From contig CAWIYV010000007.1 of the NCBI GenBank assembly GCA_963840455.1, forward strand, positions 96,001 through 160,000: a stretch of 64,000 bases of DNA. The letters run 5' to 3'. Made by a program: the position numbers and the translations under genes. Source of the DNA: Nitrospirota bacterium. GTDB lineage: Bacteria > Nitrospirota > UBA9217. Below the pieces are notes generated by a model. It saw only the letters and a program-made list of their open reading frames with translations. It was not told the DNA's origin and did no database searches. Shown here piece after piece: positions 9,292 to 19,688 of the stretch (positions are counted from its first letter, which is position 1; each line of letters begins with the position of its first letter).

Positions 9292-11049
9292 ATGCCTTCA
9301 ATCAAGATCCTTCCCGACAATCTCATCAACAAGATCGCCGCCGGTGAGGTGGTGGAGCGCCCGGCATCCGTGGTCAAAGAGCTCGTCGAGAACGCCATCG
9401 ATGCCGGCGCCACGGAGATATTCGTCGAAATAGAACAGTCAGGAAAGCGCCTGATCGTTGTTTCGGACAATGGCAGCGGCATGTCACGGGAGGATGCCCG
9501 GACCTCGTTCGAACGGCACGCCACGAGCAAGATAACGTCGGAGTCCGACCTTGAAAGCATCAGGACCATGGGATTCCGCGGCGAGGCGCTGTCCAGCATC
9601 GCGTCTGTGGCGCAGGTGACCATGAAGACCGCGCAGAAAGGCGCGAATACGGGGACCCTGGTCCAGATCGAGGGCGGGACGGTCAAGGCGATTGCGGACG
9701 CCGCGGCCCCGCAGGGGACCACGATCGAGGTGAACCACCTCTTCTACAACACCCCCGCACGACTGAAGTTCCTGAAAAGCGCAGCCACCGAGCTGTCGCA
9801 TGTCATTGCCGCCGTGTCCCACCAGGCGCTTGCCCGTCCCGAGATCCGGTTCCGGCTGACGCACAACAAGACGATGCTGCTTGATCTGCCGATTGCAAGC
9901 AGCATTCGGGAACGGGCGTTCTCGATATACGGGAACGAACTTGCTGACAGCCTCATGGACTTCGCAGGCGGACGAGATAGCGTCCGGGTCTACGGCCTGA
10001 TCGCCAGACCGAACTATACCCGCGGGGACCGGACCTATCAGGAGTTCTATATCAATAACAGATATGTGAAGAACGCATCGCTGACCCACGCCCTGTACGA
10101 GGCATACAAGGAACTGATCATGCGCGACCGGCATCCAGTCGCGTTCGTGTTCATCGATATCGATCCTCTTCTCGTCGACGTGAACGTCCACCCCGCCAAG
10201 GCGGAGGTCCGGTTCCGGAACCAGTCGCAGGTCCACGACCTTGTGCGGGACGTGATCCGTGAGGCCCTGGGGAGCCACGGACGCCCGACTCGGCAGGCGG
10301 ACATCGGCGGCCATGAGAGCGTACAGGGATATACGGACCGGGTGAAGGAGGCTATCGCTGATTTCACTTCCCGTTCGCCGGAATACGGTACCACACACCC
10401 TCTCTCTCCGGGCGAGGGGGCAGGGACCAGGAGCGATGTTCCGCCGCCGCGCCTCCCTGTCGCCGCGTCTTCCCGTGAGCTCTTTCCCTTCGCCCAGGTC
10501 CATGACTCCTTCATCGTCGCGCAGTCGAACGACGGCATGGCGCTCATCGATCAGCATGCCGCGCACGAACGGGTGCTGTTCGAAAAGCTCCAGGACCAGT
10601 ATGCTGCGGGGACGATCCCGGTCCAGGACCTGCTCTTCCCGGTGCAGGTGGAACTCGGCCATGCCGAGAAGGAACTGCTCGCCGAATACCTCCCCGGGCT
10701 GAACCGTCTCGGACTGCTCGTCGAGGATTTCGGCGGGGCCACGTTCGTCATCAAGGCCGTCCCCGCTCTCCTGGCCAATGGGGACCATAAAAGGCTTCTC
10801 ATCGATATCATCGACGAGATCAAGGTCCACGGAAAAAGCGGGAAGATGGATGCGCTTCGCGACGAGGTCCTGAGCGTCATGGCATGCCATCCGGCCATCA
10901 AGGTCCACCGCAGGTTGAGCATGCAGGAGATGGAGGGCCTCATCCGGGACCTCTTTGCCTGCCGCATGCCCCACTCGTGCCCCCACGGCCGTCCGACGAT
11001 AGTGCGGTTCTCGATGGAAGATATCAAGAAGATGTTCAAGAGGACATGA
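9292..11049 (+). CDS. mutL: DNA mismatch repair protein MutL
   Basis: NKIAAGEVVERP, GFRGEAL, endonuclease motif DQHAAHERVLFE, CPHGRP. Confidence 0.97.
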   Translation: MPSIKILPDNLINKIAAGEVVERPASVVKELVENAIDAGATEIFVEIEQSGKRLIVVSDNGSGMSREDARTSFERHATSKITSESDLESIRTMGFRGEALSSIASVAQVTMKTAQKGANTGTLVQIEGGTVKAIADAAAPQGTTIEVNHLFYNTPARLKFLKSAATELSHVIAAVSHQALARPEIRFRLTHNKTMLLDLPIASSIRERAFSIYGNELADSLMDFAGGRDSVRVYGLIARPNYTRGDRTYQEFYINNRYVKNASLTHALYEAYKELIMRDRHPVAFVFIDIDPLLVDVNVHPAKAEVRFRNQSQVHDLVRDVIREALGSHGRPTRQADIGGHESVQGYTDRVKEAIADFTSRSPEYGTTHPLSPGEGAGTRSDVPPPRLPVAASSRELFPFAQVHDSFIVAQSNDGMALIDQHAAHERVLFEKLQDQYAAGTIPVQDLLFPVQVELGHAEKELLAEYLPGLNRLGLLVEDFGGATFVIKAVPALLANGDHKRLLIDIIDEIKVHGKSGKMDALRDEVLSVMACHPAIKVHRRLSMQEMEGLIRDLFACRMPHSCPHGRPTIVRFSMEDIKKMFKRT

Positions 11050-11068
11050 TTATGAGGAGGGAAGTTCG

Positions 11069-11818
11069 ATGATGGACTGGCTGACCAATCCGGAAGCATG
11101 GATCGCACTTCTGACGCTCACAGCGCTCGAGATCGTGCTGGGCATCGACAACATCATCTTTATCTCCATCCTCGTCAACAGGCTGCCGGATCACCAGCGG
11201 CAGAAGGGCAGGGTGCTCGGGCTCGGCTTTGCCATGGTGACGCGCATCCTGCTGCTGCTCTCGATCACCTGGGTCATGAAGCTGACCTCACCGCTGTTCA
11301 CCGTTCTCGCGAAGGATATCTCGGGGCGTGACATCATTCTCATCGGCGGGGGGCTCTTCCTGCTCTGGAAGAGCACCGTGGAGATCCACGAAAGCCTGGA
11401 GGGGGCGGGTGAGGAGCGCACGGCAGGCGCGCTTGCCGGCTTCGCCGCGACCATCGCCCAGATCGCCATCATCGACATCATCTTCTCGCTTGATTCGGTG
11501 ATCACCGCCGTGGGGCTGGCGCAGGACGTAGCAGTTATGATCATCGCCATCATCGCGGCAGTCGTGGTCATGATGTTCGCGTCGAAGGGGATCGGCGAGT
11601 TCGTGGACCGCCACCCGACCATCAAGGTGCTGGCGCTCAGTTTCCTTGTGGTGATCGGGGTCACGCTGATCGCCGAGGGGTTCGGCTGGCACGTGCCGCG
11701 GGGATACATCTACTTCGCCATGGCCTTCTCCACGATTGTGGAGATGCTGAACATCAGGATGCGGAAGAAGGCTCAACCGGTGAAGCTGCATAAGGCAGTC
11801 GTCGACAAGCCCGAATAA
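11069..11818 (+). CDS. TerC family membrane protein
   Basis: LEIVLGIDN and DIIFSLDSVITAVG motifs. Confidence 0.9.
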   Translation: MMDWLTNPEAWIALLTLTALEIVLGIDNIIFISILVNRLPDHQRQKGRVLGLGFAMVTRILLLLSITWVMKLTSPLFTVLAKDISGRDIILIGGGLFLLWKSTVEIHESLEGAGEERTAGALAGFAATIAQIAIIDIIFSLDSVITAVGLAQDVAVMIIAIIAAVVVMMFASKGIGEFVDRHPTIKVLALSFLVVIGVTLIAEGFGWHVPRGYIYFAMAFSTIVEMLNIRMRKKAQPVKLHKAVVDKPE

Positions 11819-11819
11819 T

Positions 11820-12770
11820 ATGCCTTCCGAACAGAAGCCCATCCTCATCCTCGCAGGGCCCACCGCGGTCGGAAAGACCGAAGCCTCGCTCCTGCTCGCC
11901 CGGGAGTGGGGTGCGGAGATCGTAAGCGCGGACTCGATGCAGATCTACCGCGGCATGGACATCGGGACGGCAAAGCCCTCTCCGGAGCAGCGGGCGCTGG
12001 TCTACCACCACATGATCGATATCGTGGACCCTGCCCAGCCCTACAGTGTCGGCGATTATCTCCGTGATGCGCGGAACGCCATCGACGGCATCCTGAAGAG
12101 CGGGGGCACGCCCGTCGTGGTGGGGGGGACGGGCCTGTACATCCGAGCTTTGATGCGCGGGCTGCTGCACGGGCCGCCGGCGGACATGGAGCTGCGGGAG
12201 CGGCTCCTGAGGAAGGAATCCGATAACGGCGAGGGAACGCTCTACGCGGACCTCGTCAGGCTCGATCCCGAGGCGGCCATCAAGATCCACCCGAATGACC
12301 TGCGGCGCACGATCAGGGCGCTGGAGGTGTACTACATCAGGGATCGGAAGCTTTCGGACCTCCAGAAGACCCACGCCTTTCAAGAGAAGACGCATGCGTT
12401 CCGGCTCCTCTTCCTGGTCAGGGGCCGGTCCGAGCTCTACCCGCGCATCGAACAGCGCGTGGACCAGATGATCTCCCTGGGGCTCGAGGACGAGGTCAAG
12501 AGGCTGATCCTGAAAGGGTACAGCAGAGACCTCATTTCCATGCAGGCCATCGGATACAGCCATTTTATCGATTATTTCAACAACCGGGCATCCTTCGAGG
12601 AGACTGTGGACCTTCTGAAGCGGGACACCAGGCGGTTCGCGAAGCGACAGTTCACCTGGTTCAGGCGGGAGCCGGACGCCCGGTGGGTGGACATCACGGG
12701 GCTCGAAACGCCCGGGGAAATAGTGCGGAAGATAAAGAAAACCATTGAAATTCCAGATAACTTGGTATAA
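11820..12770 (+). CDS. miaA: tRNA dimethylallyltransferase
   Basis: GPTAVGKT, DSMQIYRGMDIGTAKP, AKRQFTWFR. Confidence 0.97.
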   Translation: MPSEQKPILILAGPTAVGKTEASLLLAREWGAEIVSADSMQIYRGMDIGTAKPSPEQRALVYHHMIDIVDPAQPYSVGDYLRDARNAIDGILKSGGTPVVVGGTGLYIRALMRGLLHGPPADMELRERLLRKESDNGEGTLYADLVRLDPEAAIKIHPNDLRRTIRALEVYYIRDRKLSDLQKTHAFQEKTHAFRLLFLVRGRSELYPRIEQRVDQMISLGLEDEVKRLILKGYSRDLISMQAIGYSHFIDYFNNRASFEETVDLLKRDTRRFAKRQFTWFRREPDARWVDITGLETPGEIVRKIKKTIEIPDNLV

Positions 12771-12841
12771 GATTGCAAAACTACAAAAATGGTTTGTGCG
12801 GTGCGGGATAATACTCTTGTTCCCGCGCCCCGGAGGATTTG

Positions 12842-13114
12842 ATGGGCAAGTCGCAGGTGAATCTGCAGGACATCTTCTTGAACCAGATGCGCAAGGAAAA
12901 GATCCCCGTGACCATGTACCTGGTGAACGGAGCCCGCATATCCGGGACCATCAAGGGCTTCGATAACTTCGTAATCCTCATGAAGCAGGAGAACCAGCAG
13001 CTCGTTTACAAACATGCCATCTCGACCATCATCCCCGAGAAGCCGGTAGAGCTTCTCGAAGGCATTGAAGCAAAGAAAGAGGCCGACCCGGCATCCGGAA
13101 CGGCGCAAAGCTAG
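12842..13114 (+). CDS. hfq: RNA chaperone Hfq
   Basis: [22 protein letters not shown]. Follows miaA. Confidence 0.97.
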   Translation: MGKSQVNLQDIFLNQMRKEKIPVTMYLVNGARISGTIKGFDNFVILMKQENQQLVYKHAISTIIPEKPVELLEGIEAKKEADPASGTAQS

Positions 13115-13121
13115 ACCTGTT

Positions 13122-13201
13122 ACCGCAGAGCACGCAGAGACCGTTGAGAAAGGATCTTGTTCCGGGCTGTCCTTTCGAGCACGCTCCGCGGTCTCCGCGG
13201 T
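13122..13201. repeat. 9-nt-periodic inverted-repeat element
   Basis: ACCGCAGAG-CACGCAGAG ... CTCCGCGGT-CTCCGCGGT. Confidence 0.8.
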
Positions 13202-13224
13202 TAAACTATTTAAGGACATCAAGA

Positions 13225-14115
13225 ATGGCGAAAAGGACCGCACGAACGGAACAGGCGGCTGTCGGTGTCATCGGCGGCAGTGGCCTCTACGAGATCGAGG
13301 GGCTCACGAACATCAGGTCCACCAAGGTCGCCACACCCTTCGGAAGACCGTCGGACGACTATATCGTCGGCACGCTCCACGGCATGCGGATCGCGTTCCT
13401 CCCGCGCCATGGACGGGGCCACCGCATCATGCCCACGGATATCAACTACCGGGCGAACATCTACGGGATGAAGAAGCTGGGCGTGGAGCGGATCATCTCG
13501 GTCAGCGCCGTGGGCAGCATGAAGGAAGAGATCAAGCCGGGGGACATCGTGGTCCCGGACCAGTTCTATGATCATACGAAGCACCGCCGAAGCACGTTCT
13601 TTGGGAATGGCATTGTCGCCCACGTGGGGATGGCGGACCCGGTATGCGCCGGCCTCTGCTCGGTGCTGATCGATGCGGGGATCAAGGTCGGGGCAACGGT
13701 CCACCGGGGCGGCACCTACCTCTGCATGGAGGGTCCGCAGTTCTCAACCCGGGCCGAGTCCATGACCTACCGCGAATGGAACGTAGATGTCATCGGCATG
13801 ACGAACGCCACCGAGGCCAAGCTTGCGCGGGAGGCGGAGATCTGCTACAGCACCATCGCCTTGGCCACGGACTATGACTGCTGGCACCACAGTGAAGAGG
13901 CCGTGACGGTCGAAGCGGTGCTCGCCGTGATGAAGCACAACATCGAAACGTCCAAGGCCATGATCCGCCGGGCGGTCCAGATGCTGCCAAAGATGCGGGC
14001 CTGCGGATGCGGTGAGGCGCTCCGGAACACCATCATGACGCCGGCAAAGCTTGTCCCGGCGAAGACGAAGAAGGACCTCGCGCCGATCATCGGGAAGTAT
14101 CTGAAAAACAAATAA
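13225..14115 (+). CDS. mtnP: S-methyl-5'-thioadenosine phosphorylase
   Basis: GVIGGSG, RHGRGH, EGPQFSTRAES, TDYDCW. Confidence 0.93.
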   Translation: MAKRTARTEQAAVGVIGGSGLYEIEGLTNIRSTKVATPFGRPSDDYIVGTLHGMRIAFLPRHGRGHRIMPTDINYRANIYGMKKLGVERIISVSAVGSMKEEIKPGDIVVPDQFYDHTKHRRSTFFGNGIVAHVGMADPVCAGLCSVLIDAGIKVGATVHRGGTYLCMEGPQFSTRAESMTYREWNVDVIGMTNATEAKLAREAEICYSTIALATDYDCWHHSEEAVTVEAVLAVMKHNIETSKAMIRRAVQMLPKMRACGCGEALRNTIMTPAKLVPAKTKKDLAPIIGKYLKNK

Positions 14116-14127
14116 CAAAGCTTTTTT

Positions 14128-14204
14128 ACCGCAGAGGTCGCAGAGGACGCAGATGGTTCATTGATATTGAATTCTTTCTCCGCGGTCTCCGCGTGCTCTG
14201 CGGT
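14128..14204. repeat. 9-nt-periodic inverted-repeat element
   Basis: ACCGCAGAG-GTCGCAGAG-GACGCAGAT ... CTCCGCGGT-CTCCGCGTG-CTCTGCGGT. Confidence 0.85.
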
Positions 14205-14235
14205 GAAATGATCTATTATTGTTTTGGAGGTTGTT

Positions 14236-15144
14236 GTGAGTTTGCTCGTCGTGGGCACCGTGGCCCTGGATTCGGTCAAGACGCCCTTCGGGAACGTGGA
14301 CAATGCGCTCGGCGGGTCCGCCACCTATTTCTCCACATCGGCCAGCTATTTCACCGACGTGCGGCTCGTGGCGGTCATCGGCGAGGACTTCCCCAAGGAG
14401 CACATCAACTTTCTCAAGAGCAAGAGCATTGATGTCCGCGGATTGGAGGTCCAGAAGGGCCAGACCTTCCGATGGAAGGGTGAATACGGTTATGATCTGA
14501 ACGAAGCCCGCACGCTTGCCACGGACCTGAACGTGCTTGCCACGTTCAAGCCGACCATCGTGGAGGACTACCGGGGCTCCGATGTGGTGTTCCTCGCGAA
14601 CATCGATCCGGAGATCCAGCTTGATGTCCTCCGCCAGGTAAAACGGCCCAAGCTGGTTGCCTGTGACACGATGAACTACTGGATATCCAGCAAGCTCGAC
14701 GCCCTGAAGCGGACGCTCAAGGAGGTAGATCTCCTGACCATCAATGAAGGTGAGGTGCGGCAGCTCGCGGGCGAGGCCGGACTGGTGAAGGCGGCGAAGG
14801 CCGTCCAGGCCATGGGCCCGAAGACCGTCGTCGTGAAGCAGGGGAGCTATGGGGCGCTCATGTTCCACGAACACAGCGTGTTCAGCGCACCAGCCTATCC
14901 GCTCGAGTCCGTGTTCGATCCCACGGGCGCCGGTGATTCCTTTGCCGGAGGTTTCATGGGATACCTGGCGAACACCATGAACTTCACCGAGACGAGCATG
15001 CGGCAGGCAGTCATTTTCGGAAGCGTCATGGCGTCGCTGAACGTGGAATCCTTCAGCCTTGACAGGCTGCGCAGCCTGGACTACAAGGAGATCGAGGGAC
15101 GCTATCGGGAATTCAAGAAGCTTACGCATTTCGAAGATATCTGA
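14236..15144 (+). CDS. PfkB family carbohydrate/nucleoside kinase
   Basis: GGSA motif and DPTGAGDSFAGG anion-hole motif. GTG start with GGAGG. Confidence 0.9.
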   Translation: MSLLVVGTVALDSVKTPFGNVDNALGGSATYFSTSASYFTDVRLVAVIGEDFPKEHINFLKSKSIDVRGLEVQKGQTFRWKGEYGYDLNEARTLATDLNVLATFKPTIVEDYRGSDVVFLANIDPEIQLDVLRQVKRPKLVACDTMNYWISSKLDALKRTLKEVDLLTINEGEVRQLAGEAGLVKAAKAVQAMGPKTVVVKQGSYGALMFHEHSVFSAPAYPLESVFDPTGAGDSFAGGFMGYLANTMNFTETSMRQAVIFGSVMASLNVESFSLDRLRSLDYKEIEGRYREFKKLTHFEDI

Positions 15145-15201
15145 CATAACGCGTCGCGGGTCCCGGGCCGTATGATCAATCCACAGGGGTAAGGATATTG
15201 T

Positions 15202-16500
15202 ATGTTTACCATCAACAATAGTTTGACCGACCTGAAGGTCAAAGAGCGGAATATCTACAAGATACTGTATTCGATGAACAGCCCCCAGGTGGCGACTCCA
15301 GAGCTGGGTGTCGAAGAAGCGCGGTGTTATGTTCTGTTCTTCAGTGAAGGGCAGAACCTGTCGGCGTACATCGGCCTGTACCTTCCCGGCACCGACAGGA
15401 AGATCTTTTACGCGTATACGTCCAACCCGTTCCCGTTCGAAGCGGGGCCCGAAGTCGAAGTGGAAGCAACGGGCTTCGCCGAGGACATGGGGTTCCTGCT
15501 TGATGAGATCAGCGTGAGCGGCATGCCGGTCGATGACCGCAATCGGTGGATCGAGGAGCAGTACATCTTCGGCTATAAGAAACCGGAGCTTGAAAAAGCT
15601 GCCGTCGAGGTGAAGGAAGAGGAGAAGCCGGTTGCGGCCACCAAGGAAGAGGCCCCCGCGGCTCCGCCGAAAACGGAAACTCTAGCGACCCCTGCTCCTG
15701 CAGAACCTGCTCCCGTAGAACCTGCTGCTGCAGTACCGGCACCTGCTGCCAAGCCGGTGCCTGCTTCGGCGCCGTCCCCGGAGCCTGAGTCGCCTGCAGT
15801 TCCCGTGCTGAATGTTCCGACGCCACAGCCGCAGCAGCAGTCCTATCCCCCGTATCAGCAACAGCCGCAGCAACAGGGGCAGCCTGCGCCGCCTCAATAT
15901 CCGCCACAGCAGCCCCTGCAACAGCCGCCGCAATATCCTCTTCAGCAGGGTCAACCGTACGGCCAGCCGCAGCAGCCCTACGGCCAGCCGCAGCAGCCCT
16001 ACGGTCAGCCGCAGCAGCCCTACGGTCAGCCGCAGCAATACCCTCCTCAACAGGATAAACAATACGGTCAGCCTCAACAACCCTATGGCCAGCCTCCACA
16101 GGCGTATCAGCAGTACCCGCCGCAGGCGCCGCAGCACGGACAGCCGGTCCCGAGCCTGTACCCGCCGCCTCAGCCTCCTCAGCAGGTCCATATTCCGCCG
16201 GCAGCACCGCCGCAGAAAAAGACCGCGCCTGCAGCGCCGCCCAAAGCGCCGGTTGTCAAGAAGAAGGCCCAGAAGTCCGCTTCCCCGCCGCCGCCCCGTG
16301 GAGAAGAGCCCGAGGAAGAGGTGCCCGTCGAAACCGAGATGGTTCCCGCTCCCCAGCGTCCGTCCAGTTTATTCGAGGAGGCCCTCAAGGAAGGGGTGGT
16401 GAAACCGCCAAGACCCAAAGCAGCAAAGGCGGTCCGCAGTGCAGCAGGAGTCGTTGCGAGGGATAAAGAAGCCCTTGCCCGACTGCTTTCGTCATTTTGA
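15202..16500 (+). CDS. hypothetical protein with Pro/Gln-rich disordered linker
   Basis: About 125-aa globular N-terminus, PQQPYGQ repeats, C-terminal helix KEALARLLSSF. Confidence 0.8.
   Translation: MFTINNSLTDLKVKERNIYKILYSMNSPQVATPELGVEEARCYVLFFSEGQNLSAYIGLYLPGTDRKIFYAYTSNPFPFEAGPEVEVEATGFAEDMGFLLDEISVSGMPVDDRNRWIEEQYIFGYKKPELEKAAVEVKEEEKPVAATKEEAPAAPPKTETLATPAPAEPAPVEPAAAVPAPAAKPVPASAPSPEPESPAVPVLNVPTPQPQQQSYPPYQQQPQQQGQPAPPQYPPQQPLQQPPQYPLQQGQPYGQPQQPYGQPQQPYGQPQQPYGQPQQYPPQQDKQYGQPQQPYGQPPQAYQQYPPQAPQHGQPVPSLYPPPQPPQQVHIPPAAPPQKKTAPAAPPKAPVVKKKAQKSASPPPPRGEEPEEEVPVETEMVPAPQRPSSLFEEALKEGVVKPPRPKAAKAVRSAAGVVARDKEALARLLSSF
15964..16040 (+). repeat. 21-bp coding tandem repeat (QPQQPYG)
   Basis: CAGCCGCAGCAGCCCTACGG(C/T) x3 plus a partial copy. 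Confidence 0.9.
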
Positions 16501-16501
16501 A

Positions 16502-16658
16502 TCCAGGAGCGAGCGCATTCCCGCAGCTTGCTGCGGGGTTAGCGAGCGATGAGAGTAAGGATACTTCCTTAAGGATCGAAGATTCCCTGTAGCTTGCTGC
16601 AGGGAGCTTCAATCCAGAAAACTGGCTCGATTCCCGTCGTGTGCTGCGGGGGCTTCAA
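16502..16658 (+). mobile_element. miniature IS200/IS605-like element (111 bp) plus tandem 46-bp derivative
   Basis: TGAA|TCCAGGAGCGAGC, then two hairpins, then GAGCTTCAA. A single-hairpin unit ending GGCTTCAA follows. Confidence 0.85.
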
Positions 16659-16777
16659 CGTCCTGTTCCTGCGCTTTTCCCGGGACGGCTCGAACGATCA
16701 ACGTGAAGAAGGATGAATCCGTAGACATCGAAGGGTCCCTGCGGTTCCGCAGCGGCGCATATCAAAGGAGCAAATGC

Positions 16778-17551
16778 ATGAGAAGATTGTTAGCAACCAT
16801 CCTTGTTCTGGCGCTTGCCGGCTGCGCTACGACCGGCACGACGACGGACAAGACCAAGATGGCTGAAGGATACTATGGACGGGGGCTCTCGCACCTGCAG
16901 AACAAGGATTACGAAAAGGCGCTGGTTGAGTTCCAGCGTTCGATCAATACTGATCCGAAGTACAAGATGTCCTACTATGCCACGGGCATGGTCTACGATT
17001 TGATGGGCAAGTACGGGGACGCTGAAAAGAACTATAAAGAAGCGCTCGATATCGATTCCGAGTTCTCCGACGCTCATAACGCCCTGGGCACGGTCTACAT
17101 GAAGCAGAAAAAGTGGAAGGAAGCCCTCAAATCCTTCCAGCGGGCGCTGAACAACAAATTGTATGCAACGCCGAACATCACTTATGTTAATATGGGCGAC
17201 GTCTATATGACCCTGGAGGATTATCCAAAGGCGGCCGAAGCATATCGTGAGGCAAAACGGTACGCGAGCCAGGATTACATCATTTACCGCCTTGGTATGG
17301 CCCTGATGAAGGCGGGCAGCACGAAAGAGGCCATCGGTGAGTTTCAGGAAGGGGTCACCCTGACCCCGAAGAATTCGGAAATGCGGCTTGCCCTCGCCCT
17401 TGCGCTCCTTAAAGACGGCAACAAACGGTCCGCGCTCGCGGAATTCCGGAAGGTCGTCGAGCTTGATCCGCAGAGCGATAGTGCGAAGGTCGCCAGGGAC
17501 TACATCAGAACGCTGGACCCCGCAGCTGCGAAAAAACAGAAAACATTGTAA
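16778..17551 (+). CDS. TPR lipoprotein, PilF/PilW/Tgl-like
   Basis: Lipobox LAGC, multiple TPRs, upstream of rodZ. Confidence 0.75.
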   Translation: MRRLLATILVLALAGCATTGTTTDKTKMAEGYYGRGLSHLQNKDYEKALVEFQRSINTDPKYKMSYYATGMVYDLMGKYGDAEKNYKEALDIDSEFSDAHNALGTVYMKQKKWKEALKSFQRALNNKLYATPNITYVNMGDVYMTLEDYPKAAEAYREAKRYASQDYIIYRLGMALMKAGSTKEAIGEFQEGVTLTPKNSEMRLALALALLKDGNKRSALAEFRKVVELDPQSDSAKVARDYIRTLDPAAAKKQKTL

Positions 17552-17566
17552 CTCCGAGGAAATAGA

Positions 17567-18529
17567 ATGGGCACATTAGGATCCTATTTGCGATCAGCGC
17601 GGGAAGTTCGGGGCCTGGACCTCCGGGACGCCGCACAGCAGACGCGCATCAGCATCAGCTACCTGAAGGCCATCGAGGATGAGGATTTTTCCAAGCTGCC
17701 TGGCGAGGTCTTCGTCAGGGGATTTTTGAAGAACTATGCGAGGTTCCTCGGTCTTCCTGACGATGAGGTCATGAAACGGTACGGCGAGCTCGGCAAGCCC
17801 CAGTCCGCCCCCGCTTCAGCGCCGGTCCCCGATGCTCCCCGGGTGGAGCAGCAGAGGCACGAGCCTGTGGAGACGCATGCTCCCGGACCGGAGCCTGCGC
17901 ATCCAGGCCGCATGGGGGTGGAGCCGTTCCTTTGGGCCGGAGCTATCGTCATCGGACTGGTTGTCTTCATCCTCACCGCCATGCCCGCGAAGAGGCCTGC
18001 CAATAAAGAGGCCGGTTCCGCTGTCTCGAAGACCACGGCGACCGAGCATGTCCAGACCGCCTTGACCCCGACGGGAATTCCGGAAAAGTTGTACCTCAAT
18101 ATTGTCGCGCTTGAGGACGTGTGGGTGCTTGTCAGGACCGATTCCAGCCCTCAGAAGAAGGCCACCCTGAAGAAGGGGGAGAGCGTGACCTGGAGCGCCG
18201 ATGAACGATTTCTGCTGAGCTACGGCAGCGTGGGCGCGGCGAAACTGGAGCTGAACGGGAAAGAGCTGGTGGTGAACGGACCAAAGAACGCCATTGTGCG
18301 CGACCTGATCATTACCTCGGCAGGGATCGCCTTCCAGAAGGTGGAGTCCGAAAAGCCGAAACCGCTCAAGCCGAAGCCGGTGACCCGGGTGACGCCTACG
18401 GCCCAGCCGCAGCTCACTCCGCAGATACCCATGACTCTTGAACCGCAGGCCCCGGCGCCGCCGGCATCTGAGCCCACACAGGAACGGGCGACTCCCGTGG
18501 CGCCGATCTTCCCGCCCCCCCCGGACTAA
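17567..18529 (+). CDS. rodZ: RodZ-like HTH membrane protein
   Basis: N-terminal HTH (LPGEVFVRGFLKNYARFLGL), one TM, C-terminal DUF4115-like domain. Confidence 0.85.
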   Translation: MGTLGSYLRSAREVRGLDLRDAAQQTRISISYLKAIEDEDFSKLPGEVFVRGFLKNYARFLGLPDDEVMKRYGELGKPQSAPASAPVPDAPRVEQQRHEPVETHAPGPEPAHPGRMGVEPFLWAGAIVIGLVVFILTAMPAKRPANKEAGSAVSKTTATEHVQTALTPTGIPEKLYLNIVALEDVWVLVRTDSSPQKKATLKKGESVTWSADERFLLSYGSVGAAKLELNGKELVVNGPKNAIVRDLIITSAGIAFQKVESEKPKPLKPKPVTRVTPTAQPQLTPQIPMTLEPQAPAPPASEPTQERATPVAPIFPPPPD

Positions 18530-18551
18530 CCGTTCAGCTGCGGGCTGACCC

Positions 18552-18579
18552 TTGACAATAAGGGGTCTTTTGATATGAT
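18552..18579 (+). promoter_or_regulatory. sigma70-type promoter
   Basis: TTGACA-16 bp-TATGAT with extended TG. Confidence 0.55.
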
Positions 18580-18613
18580 CTTGCATTAATCGTTTAAGGA
18601 AAGGGGACCACAT

Positions 18614-19153
18614 ATGAAAAGAACGTTGTCGTTGATAGCGCTTGCAGTGACGCTCATCGCAACGCCGGCTATGGCAAAGGAAGGGTTCTACCTGGGTGTG
18701 AACCTGCTGTTTAACGACATCAGCGGGGATATCAATTCAGGGGACACGTTTGATAGTGGGGACGGATTGGGTCTGCGCGGCGGATATGGTCTGAACCGGT
18801 ATCTTGCGATCGAGGCGGGTATCTGGAAGACGAGGCATGACCTGAAATATGGCGGGAATGCCGCCGACTTGAAGGCGGGAACGCTCGACCTCAAGATCAA
18901 CTTTCCGCTCTCCGGAAGTCATATTGAACCCTATCTGCTGGCAGGTGTAGGGACCTATACCCTCGAGCAGAACGGTTTCTCTGAGGATGGCAAGGGCGGC
19001 CGGATTGGCATTGGTATGGACATCTACCTGTTCCCTGAAATGAACTTCAATGTTGGGCTGACACGGAACAATGTCACTTTTACGCACAATGGCAACGATG
19101 TGGACGGAAAGATCACGACTCTTGATTTCGGCTTCACCTACCACTTCATCTAG
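18614..19153 (+). CDS. small outer-membrane beta-barrel protein
   Basis: Signal peptide, amphipathic strands, C-terminal FGFTYHF. Confidence 0.8.
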   Translation: MKRTLSLIALAVTLIATPAMAKEGFYLGVNLLFNDISGDINSGDTFDSGDGLGLRGGYGLNRYLAIEAGIWKTRHDLKYGGNAADLKAGTLDLKINFPLSGSHIEPYLLAGVGTYTLEQNGFSEDGKGGRIGIGMDIYLFPEMNFNVGLTRNNVTFTHNGNDVDGKITTLDFGFTYHFI

Positions 19154-19175
19154 CGGCTCAGTCGTACATTCACCG

Positions 19176-19201
19176 TAGCCGGCATCACATGATGCCGGCT
19201 A
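19176..19201. terminator. hairpin between convergent genes
   Basis: TAGCCGGCATCA-CA-TGATGCCGGCTA perfect stem. Confidence 0.6.
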
Positions 19202-19642
19202 TTTCCTTTTCCACAGACCGGCCATGTTCTTTACATGGCTTCCTTCCCAGTAGACACGGCCGCATCCCCTGCACTCGAAGAATGTCGTCACTGTTCTCAG
19301 CACATGCTCGGGAACCCGATCCCTTGCAATATCCCTGTCCAGCGGGGAAAGCTGCTGGTTGCAGACAGAACAGCGGGTCAGGAACCCTGCCGCGGGCAGG
19401 GAGAAAGCGTCGAGTACCTGCTGAACCTGGTCATCGACATGGTCGCTCTTGATCAGGATGTGGTTCCGGGCGAGGGGGCGGGCGGCAAGACCAGTGTCGC
19501 GGGTAAGGATGACACGGCCCTGCTCCAGGGCAAGGCGGAGGATCTCATTGTCCGCGAGGGTGTGGTCGTACAGCACATCAAAGCCGAGAAGACGGAGTCG
19601 CTTCGCGAGACTGCCCAGCATGGCATCGGCGATAAAGTTCAT
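19199..19642 (-). CDS. Mut7-C RNase (PIN-like) domain protein
   Basis: FIADAMLGSLAKRLRLLGFD, RCSVCN and CRGCGRVYWEGSH. Confidence 0.9.
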   Translation of the reverse strand: MNFIADAMLGSLAKRLRLLGFDVLYDHTLADNEILRLALEQGRVILTRDTGLAARPLARNHILIKSDHVDDQVQQVLDAFSLPAAGFLTRCSVCNQQLSPLDRDIARDRVPEHVLRTVTTFFECRGCGRVYWEGSHVKNMAGLWKRK

Positions 19643-19688
19643 ATGACCATTTTACCACAGAGGACGGACAGGAGAAGAGGTGGAGGAT

